From the NCBI GenBank assembly GCA_903838985.1, contig CAIMAO010000002.1, positions 1,844 through 65,843 on the forward strand: 64,000 bases of DNA, in the 5' to 3' direction. A program made the translations under genes and the position numbers. Positions 29,774 to 36,117 of the stretch are shown piece by piece (position 1 is the first letter of the stretch; the number at the start of each line of letters is the position of its first letter). The stretch comes from an uncultured bacterium (GTDB lineage Bacteria > Patescibacteriota > Minisyncoccia > Phycocordibacterales > UBA9973). The notes below the pieces were generated by a model. The model saw only the letters and a list, made by a program, of their open reading frames with translations, was not told the DNA's origin and made no database searches.

Positions 29774-29990
29774 TTTCTCAGCGTGGAGGCTCTGCTTCCT
29801 CTTGGCTCACCATTTTAAAGAAAATGGTGACAAACTTTTTACCCGTCCTTTTATTCCTATGGATTTTTAGGAAACATTTTTCACCAGATGTGAAAAATGA
29901 ATGTACTGTTGCGGTGTTCCGCTTTTGTCTGGAGAGGTAAACAGTTTTACCTCGAGGTTTTACACCCAGACTGCACCCATCTCTCCTTAA

Positions 29991-30302
29991 TTACCCTAAG
30001 GTAACTAAGAGCCACTTGATAGTGGCACCTTCTGGTAAGGTCGAACAACCTTCCGGAAGGCGAGGCCCGACATACTGGCCTACAAGAGCTTTGTCATCTT
30101 TTTTAAGGACGACATTTACTCTGTTTGCCGGCACGTCTACTCCCAAGACATTACTGAACACATTAGCTGTGTCAGCATGTCCGACTGCTGACATAGCGTC
30201 AGTAGCGAGAGTCTTAGCCTGCTCTAAAGAGATTTCCTCAACATGAATATCTATCGGAAAGACAGAAATCATATTGAGGGAGATCGCGTTCAAAATAAAC
30301 AT
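29991..30302 (-). CDS. DUF1874 / STIV B116 / YddF family protein (AcrIII-1/Crn2-like ring nuclease)
   Basis: ILNAISLNM, SAVGHADTA, NRV and PRLPEG motifs; start moved to ATG 30302 because of the GAGGAG SD at 30312-30317. Confidence 0.82.
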   Translation of the reverse strand: MFILNAISLNMISVFPIDIHVEEISLEQAKTLATDAMSAVGHADTANVFSNVLGVDVPANRVNVVLKKDDKALVGQYVGPRLPEGCSTLPEGATIKWLLVTLG

Positions 30303-30484
30303 GAACGTTTTCTCCTCTAGCAACTACTATCTCCTCAACTTCCTCGCAGTCACACTACGATTTATATGAGTATTTAAGTTACTAGCTCTGTTGATTTTAA
30401 AGGTTGATCAACTAACCGCTTCCAACTCACTTGAGTCAGAAGTATATCCCGCAGAAACCACTGCGTTGCTAGGGTTTTTAATTT

Positions 30485-30856
30485 TTAGTCTGTGTAACGA
30501 TTAATTCTGATCATTACATCATCTGGCATATCAGCCAGTTTAATTTCCGCGCGGAATCCCCTTGGGTCGCTATAAAAGGAAGATAAAATAATTTTTTCCC
30601 CTAAAGAATATAAAATTAAATATTCTTTATTTTCCAACACCTGAGATTCTACTTTTCCTCCTTCTCCCGTATAAAAAAAAGAGAAATCTTTGCAATACTT
30701 TATTTGTATTGTAAACATAGTATCTAATTCCCACATTTTTTTTTCATGGAATTCTTTCCATGAAATATCCAAAGGGAGGTTTTTAAAACCAAGACCAAAT
30801 CTTTTCAGATTTGTCTCGAAATCGAAAGCATCCATTAATTTTTGGAATATACTCAT
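30485..30856 (-). CDS. Hypothetical protein
   Basis: 123-aa ORF with a strong GAGGAGG SD. Confidence 0.6.
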   Translation of the reverse strand: MSIFQKLMDAFDFETNLKRFGLGFKNLPLDISWKEFHEKKMWELDTMFTIQIKYCKDFSFFYTGEGGKVESQVLENKEYLILYSLGEKIILSSFYSDPRGFRAEIKLADMPDDVMIRINRYTD

Positions 30857-30900
30857 TTTTTCCTCCTCACCATTTTACGTCCGTGAGGTAGACATTTGTT

Positions 30901-31010
30901 TTTTATGATTAGTCAGTTGTTTAAAAGTAGTTAAATAACCACACTTAAACAACTAACCAACCACAAGTAAAAAATGAAATTTACTCTCTTCTATTTAATT
31001 TTCAAAAAAC
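30901..31010 (-). repeat. Leader repeat R2, copy 1
   Basis: Similar to 34631-34746: long stem ttggttagttgtttaag...ttaaacaactgactaa plus gttttttgaaaatt motif. Confidence 0.8.
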
Positions 31011-31121
31011 TCGCAATGAATTTTCCATTTAATTAACCCAATCAAATGAAAAACTCAACAACGAGGTCAAACAGATTTTATTTGTTTGACCAGTATTTAT
31101 GTTAACCCTAACCCGTTGTGC
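31010..31121 (-). repeat. Structured non-coding repeat R1, copy 2
   Basis: Direct repeat of 29673-29773; abuts R2 copy 1. Confidence 0.88.
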
Positions 31122-31467
31122 CTTACGGCAGATGAGGACACAAAATTTTTATTGTAATTTTATGTTTATCCTCACGCCAAATAAATTTGACTTCCTCTTT
31201 GTTTTATCGGTAGGCATCCGACTAGTTATAAGGTCACAATCCACTTATGTAAACTCTCGGTCTACTTCTGCTAAAAGCCTAACACTCACACCTTGTCACC
31301 AACCGTATGGTATTGTGAGATGGTACATTTGTGTATTTTATGTCTATAATGTTTTCCTTACGGACGAAAAAGAATTATAGACCACGTGCACAACCAGAGA
31401 CCTCCTTATTTTTTTGATAATAATTCAATTATGGGTCTGGTAGCCCAAAAATTGTCGTTAATTAATT

Positions 31468-32841
31468 TTAGAGTTTGTTTACACCAACTCCGCCCGTACT
31501 GATCGCAAGATCAGTCAGAACTTTATTTGTACACTCAACTACAAAGGCATGCATTTTTGTACCTGTAAAATCCTTCATAGTTAAGTTTATTTTATCGTCC
31601 CCATCAGTAATAATAACGAGCTCGGGACGATAGGTGGAACCTGCTTTTATTATTTCTTCGATCCTTTGTTGCGCCAGCTTCGCGCATCCCGAGATATCTG
31701 TACTTCCACCTGAATAGTTTTTCTCGGTAAAGTGCTTGATTAACTCCTTAGCTTCAGTTGGGGTAGAGGAGTGATGTTCCTCCTTCAATGTAGTATCGAA
31801 GAGCCTTACATAAAGCTCAGCCTCTCCCTCAATCACCGCTTTTAAACGATTTATGAGGATTCCACCAGCCTTAAATATTCTCTGGCCAGATCCCATTGAT
31901 CCGGAGCAGTCTATAATAATATAAAGGAGCTGCTTCTTTTCAATGGTCGTCACTCTCTCTCTTACCATACTAGAATGAGTGACAATTCTGTATGTCCGAT
32001 AAGTGCTCGGTAGCGCCCATTCGGATTTTATCAACTTATTCATTTCGCCCGTGTGCGCTATTGGGCGGTTCCGGACACTATCACCGGCCGGATCCGGTTC
32101 TTGTTTTTTACTCTTACGCACTTGCATGCGCGTAAGTTTATCTAGATTTCTTGAAATCTGGAGCATAATCTCCTTACCTTTCAAAAAATCTTCCGCAAGT
32201 TTCATTTTTTGGAGACCGTCATCTCCTTTTCCTTCACTCGCTCCCGAACCAGTGTCCTGGTCAGGATCAAGCAGTTGTTTTTCATCTTTGGATAAAGAAT
32301 CAACTTCATCCATAAGATTATTCAGCTGCTCGCCGACTTTTTCTGACTGATCATTGTCGGTAAATATTGGTAACGGCTCTCCGGCCTCTCCACCACCTTG
32401 TCCACCTTGCTTTTTTGACAAAAGTTTCAGTAGACTCATGGCTTGTTCAAGTGGAGAACTACCAGGGAAACAATTAAGATCAATTGTCTGCAAAAAATCG
32501 CAAACGTTTTGATGATACCTCATCTGTTCCCGAGTTCTACCTTCGATTGCTTCAAACCGACTCTTGGTTGATACTTCAGTCTTTGATTTTTTATCGCGAC
32601 GGAGGTATTTCCAATTACCGGAAGTGTCGGCAGCAGGTAAAGTTTCCTCAACATTTTTCCTTACAACTTGTTGATAGGATGATGGAGGATTTACCTGACC
32701 GCCAGCAGCCAAATTACATAAGTCCGCGACTAAGTCCCTTGAAAAGGATTTAACGCCAACCTTATCTCCAACTTCCCGCATTTCTTCCGCACTAGGCGAA
32801 AGATAAGTTACGGGAGGAGAAGTTCGAAATGTAAATTGCAT
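31468..32841 (-). CDS. von Willebrand factor A domain protein (ViaA-like)
   Basis: MIDAS IIDCSGSM, GGSTDI and IITDG; directly downstream of a MoxR ATPase. Confidence 0.88.
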   Translation of the reverse strand: MQFTFRTSPPVTYLSPSAEEMREVGDKVGVKSFSRDLVADLCNLAAGGQVNPPSSYQQVVRKNVEETLPAADTSGNWKYLRRDKKSKTEVSTKSRFEAIEGRTREQMRYHQNVCDFLQTIDLNCFPGSSPLEQAMSLLKLLSKKQGGQGGGEAGEPLPIFTDNDQSEKVGEQLNNLMDEVDSLSKDEKQLLDPDQDTGSGASEGKGDDGLQKMKLAEDFLKGKEIMLQISRNLDKLTRMQVRKSKKQEPDPAGDSVRNRPIAHTGEMNKLIKSEWALPSTYRTYRIVTHSSMVRERVTTIEKKQLLYIIIDCSGSMGSGQRIFKAGGILINRLKAVIEGEAELYVRLFDTTLKEEHHSSTPTEAKELIKHFTEKNYSGGSTDISGCAKLAQQRIEEIIKAGSTYRPELVIITDGDDKINLTMKDFTGTKMHAFVVECTNKVLTDLAISTGGVGVNKL

Positions 32842-32864
32842 GTGTTTTCTCCTTCTCGCGATTT

Positions 32865-33938
32865 TTATATGCGGGTATTTTCAAGTGCCAGTTTTTGAGT
32901 CTCGGAGGTTTTCTCCGAAACTGTGTCTCTTAATTTTTTACGACGGTCAGACAAACCGTCGGTTACTTTTAGTGATGAAATTTCATCATTAAGAGCTACT
33001 AATTTTTTTGCCACTTGTAATAATTTGATTGGAGATGTTGCGTTTACTCTTGACTCATTTAATAACTCGCCGAATTTTGTCTCGGCAAGAGAAAGATTTT
33101 TTTCAGCAGCAGCTCTCTCCATCGCAGTCTCAAGGTCTTTGCTGATTGTTTCTGCAAGACCTTCAAGTCCAGGCAGAAACCGTAAATCAGTAAGGTCCTG
33201 TTTCTCTACTTTTTCACCACCACGCAGTGTAGCGGCAGTTTGACAGATCTGAAAGGAATGGACTGCTGTACGAGGGCTCACAAAATTGCCCTCAGCAGTT
33301 GCTTTTGCTAAAATCTCTGCGAGAACGGCCTTAAAGCCGTTAAGAATCGGACCGTTTAACCGACCGGCGACTTTTTCAAACATCTTCAAATAAGAGGACG
33401 CTGAATAATCTTTCCATTTCAAGTTTAATTGAAGCGGAAAGCGCTCAATAAGAGCATGTGCCGCTGGGCCTAAACCAGAAATTTCCTGAGGTTCTTTATT
33501 TGTTAAGCAAATTATTAGCTCGGTTCTCATTTTAAATCTCTGCGAACCGTTTCTTAATTCCTTAGCAGTCAAAACGTCTTTTAGAGCTAGAAGCACCGAC
33601 GCCGGAGCATCAAATAATTCTTCGAATACTGCTATCCGAGAATTTAAAAAAGATTTCTCTGGATAGTATTCAAGAATTTTATCTTCCTCTAATTTTTTGA
33701 AGTTCAATCCTCCGAAGAGACGGCTTTCATCCATCCCTTCACCAAAAAATTGGTAGAAGGTATCAGAATCGAGATTCAAACCATCAATAACTGCCTTTGT
33801 CATCTCAGATTTGGCGTGTCCGCCCGGTCCGAAGATGATAATGTTTTTTTTACTTGTGAAAGCAAGTGCAAAAATACGCACTACCTCGTCGACAAACACA
33901 AACGAGGTTTCAAGAATATTTTTAATTTTCTCTAACAT
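32865..33938 (-). CDS. MoxR/RavA-family AAA+ ATPase
   Basis: GPGGHAKS Walker A, RLFG, AVFEELF Walker B, CLTN sensor, ERF arginine finger, VSPRT. Confidence 0.88.
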   Translation of the reverse strand: MLEKIKNILETSFVFVDEVVRIFALAFTSKKNIIIFGPGGHAKSEMTKAVIDGLNLDSDTFYQFFGEGMDESRLFGGLNFKKLEEDKILEYYPEKSFLNSRIAVFEELFDAPASVLLALKDVLTAKELRNGSQRFKMRTELIICLTNKEPQEISGLGPAAHALIERFPLQLNLKWKDYSASSYLKMFEKVAGRLNGPILNGFKAVLAEILAKATAEGNFVSPRTAVHSFQICQTAATLRGGEKVEKQDLTDLRFLPGLEGLAETISKDLETAMERAAAEKNLSLAETKFGELLNESRVNATSPIKLLQVAKKLVALNDEISSLKVTDGLSDRRKKLRDTVSEKTSETQKLALENTRI

Positions 33939-34135
33939 TTTTACTCCTGCCCATTTAACGCCGGGACCAGCAATTGATTTGAGTTTGAGCGCTTTATTTC
34001 CGCTTCATTAAGGGCGGCAATAAACCTGGCACTCCTCGCTGTCTTGTTGGTAGCGAATAACCCAGGAGTCATGTGTGCTTACTCACACATGTCCTGAAAA
34101 TGATTTTCATTTTTGTGTTGAGTAAGCAACATTTT

Positions 34136-34603
34136 TTACCAGGGACAAGTCTCAGTTTCGGTGCCTGGTATCACCGGTTCGCTACCCCAAATGAGTGCGT
34201 GTTCACTCCAAAACTTTCTGGAGTTTTGGGTAGCTTTCCGATCCCAGGGCTCTGGTTCAGCCAATTCGCCAATGAAGGCGGTAACCAAAATAAAAGTCCC
34301 GGGCTGTTCATCAGCAGTCTTCAGAATGACTACCACCGACGAGCTTGGTTCGGGTTGGCGATTTTTAACAAATCGCGTTAATCCAAACCGTTTGGGCCGT
34401 TGTGCAAATACAATTACATCGTCAGGCCCAGTGACGACACAAGTTGATTCACCTATGATTCGGTCAAACCTGACTTCCTCAACGATGAAAGTTCTTCCTT
34501 TTGAATTAATTTTTTCTAGCGCCTCGGGAAGAACGTCGAGGACACTAGCATGAAGATGTGATTGATAACGATCAACCACATCTTCACCACTTTTTAGCTT
34601 CAT
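34136..34603 (-). CDS. Hypothetical protein
   Basis: 155-aa ORF with a strong AGGAG SD; SHLH, R..R.G.TRFV, TAFIG...PEPWD, FW..HAL motif-like residues. Confidence 0.75.
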   Translation of the reverse strand: MKLKSGEDVVDRYQSHLHASVLDVLPEALEKINSKGRTFIVEEVRFDRIIGESTCVVTGPDDVIVFAQRPKRFGLTRFVKNRQPEPSSSVVVILKTADEQPGTFILVTAFIGELAEPEPWDRKATQNSRKFWSEHALIWGSEPVIPGTETETCPW

Positions 34604-34630
34604 TTTTCTCCTTTCTCCACTTCTGTGGAG

Positions 34631-34746
34631 TTTTATGATGAAAGTTGGTTAGTTATTTAAAAGTAGTTAGAATAACCACGCTTAAACAACTAACCAACTA
34701 TATTATTTGGAAATAATGAATTTTTTCTATTCAATTTTCAAAAAAC
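34631..34746 (-). repeat. Leader repeat R2, copy 2
   Basis: Similar to 30901-31010; upstream of the 155-aa ORF. Confidence 0.8.
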
Positions 34747-35207
34747 ATATCCTTACTACAAAACAGGCCTCTCTCCTTTTTGTACTTTCATTGTTTTCTC
34801 CTTTTAAAACAATGAACTCCTTCGTAAAGACATTTCAGATCACAAAAGTGGGTTAAGCTCTTATGGTCTGCCTATGTCTTTGCCATTCTTTATTACCCTG
34901 TACTAAGTTTTTAATTTAGTAGTGGTGAATGACTCTTACACGGTTGTGAATTTATCTGTGTTTTTGGTTTCGGTTTGCGGCTTTCACCAAAATCCACAAT
35001 TCACGGTGCAAACAGATTTCAAAAGATTGTCTCTCATCCCACTCCCTCCTTTTTCCTAGCTTACCGGCCTAGGTGCCGCCTCATCGATTATTCAGGATTT
35101 ACCCTGAGCGTAGTCGAAGGGTCAGAGGTGGGTATCAATCTTCTGCTATCTCCTTTAATGAACCTTGCCCGTTCTCTCTTGAGGCGGGTCTTAACTTATC
35201 TGCAAAT

Positions 35208-35236
35208 AGTATAGCATAATAGAAATGTTTTGTCAA
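35208..35236 (-). promoter_or_regulatory. Consensus sigma70 promoter driving the accessory operon
   Basis: TTGACA (35236-35231), 17-bp spacer, TG-extended TATACT (35213-35208). Confidence 0.75.
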
Positions 35237-35349
35237 TGAAACAGAAAAGAAAGTTTGTAAAGGCTAAAAAAGCCTTATTTATCAATATAAAATAGTTATC
35301 CACTTTGTCATATTTGTGTGGCAAAAGCATTCATGTTAAGATTGTTAAT

Positions 35350-36117
35350 ATGAATGAAGAAAACATTTTAATCCAAGCGGGTCTTTCAGAGGAGCAATCC
35401 TTGGCTTATCAATCTTTATTGGATAAAGGGCCTCAAAGGGCTAGTGATCTTGCAAAATGGACTGGGATAAAACGTGGGCTTATCTATAAAGTATTAGAAC
35501 AATTAGAATCTATGGGTTTGGTGTCTAAAAATGGTGGTGTGGGAACTGTGGCCATCTTCTCCCCCGCCCATCCTAGTCTTTTACTTTCAAATATAGAACG
35601 TAAGGAAAAAGAGATTGCTTTGACTAAAGAAATGCTTGTAAGCTCCATTGGTTCTTTGTCTTCAAAATTTAATTTGATTACTGGCAAACCCAATGTGCAG
35701 TTTTTTGAAGGAGAAGAAGGAGTTAAGAAAGTATTAGATGATACATTAAATGTTCCTAAGTATACAGAGATATACACTTATGCTGATCTTGAAGCTATTT
35801 TGAAATATATTCCAAATATAAACCAGGTGTATTCAGATCGTAGAGAAAAATTAGGCATAAAGAAAAAAGGGCTACTTTTAGATAGTCCTAAGGTGCGTGA
35901 ATTGATAAAAAGCTATCACACCGAGACTACGGATACAAAATTGATACAATATAATGTTTCAGAATTTGAAACGATAATGCAGATTTATGAGAATAAGATT
36001 TCTTATATAACTCTGAAAGAAAACTCGATGATTGGAGTAATTATTGAAGACCCATTTATTTATAAGATGCACAAAAATATTTTTGAGCATCTTTGGAATA
36101 TTACTCCTTCTCTTTAA
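35350..36117 (+). CDS. TrmB-like winged-HTH transcriptional regulator
   Basis: GLSEEQSLAY..LL..G....DLAKWTGIKRGLIYKVLEQL...GLV; KPNVQFFEGEEG; start taken at ATG 35350. Confidence 0.82.
   Translation: MNEENILIQAGLSEEQSLAYQSLLDKGPQRASDLAKWTGIKRGLIYKVLEQLESMGLVSKNGGVGTVAIFSPAHPSLLLSNIERKEKEIALTKEMLVSSIGSLSSKFNLITGKPNVQFFEGEEGVKKVLDDTLNVPKYTEIYTYADLEAILKYIPNINQVYSDRREKLGIKKKGLLLDSPKVRELIKSYHTETTDTKLIQYNVSEFETIMQIYENKISYITLKENSMIGVIIEDPFIYKMHKNIFEHLWNITPSL

Noticed and set aside
29673-31121. CRISPR array interpretation of the R1 repeats
   Set aside because: Only two copies 1.3 kb apart, no spacer periodicity and no cas genes.
31099-31380. 93-aa plus-strand ORF (also 34975-35214)
   Set aside because: Antisense to the operon, no SD, and overlapping structured non-coding sequence.
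33975-34020. Twister- or hammerhead-like ttaatgaagc...gaaa on the minus strand
   Set aside because: The remaining conserved core and pseudoknot pairings are absent.
34012-34068. HDV-like ribozyme resemblance on the plus strand (tcctcgct loop, gcgaa, cctgg/ccagg)
   Set aside because: P1 would be only 5 bp, P3 is mismatched, P2 is out of register, and it is antisense to the operon.
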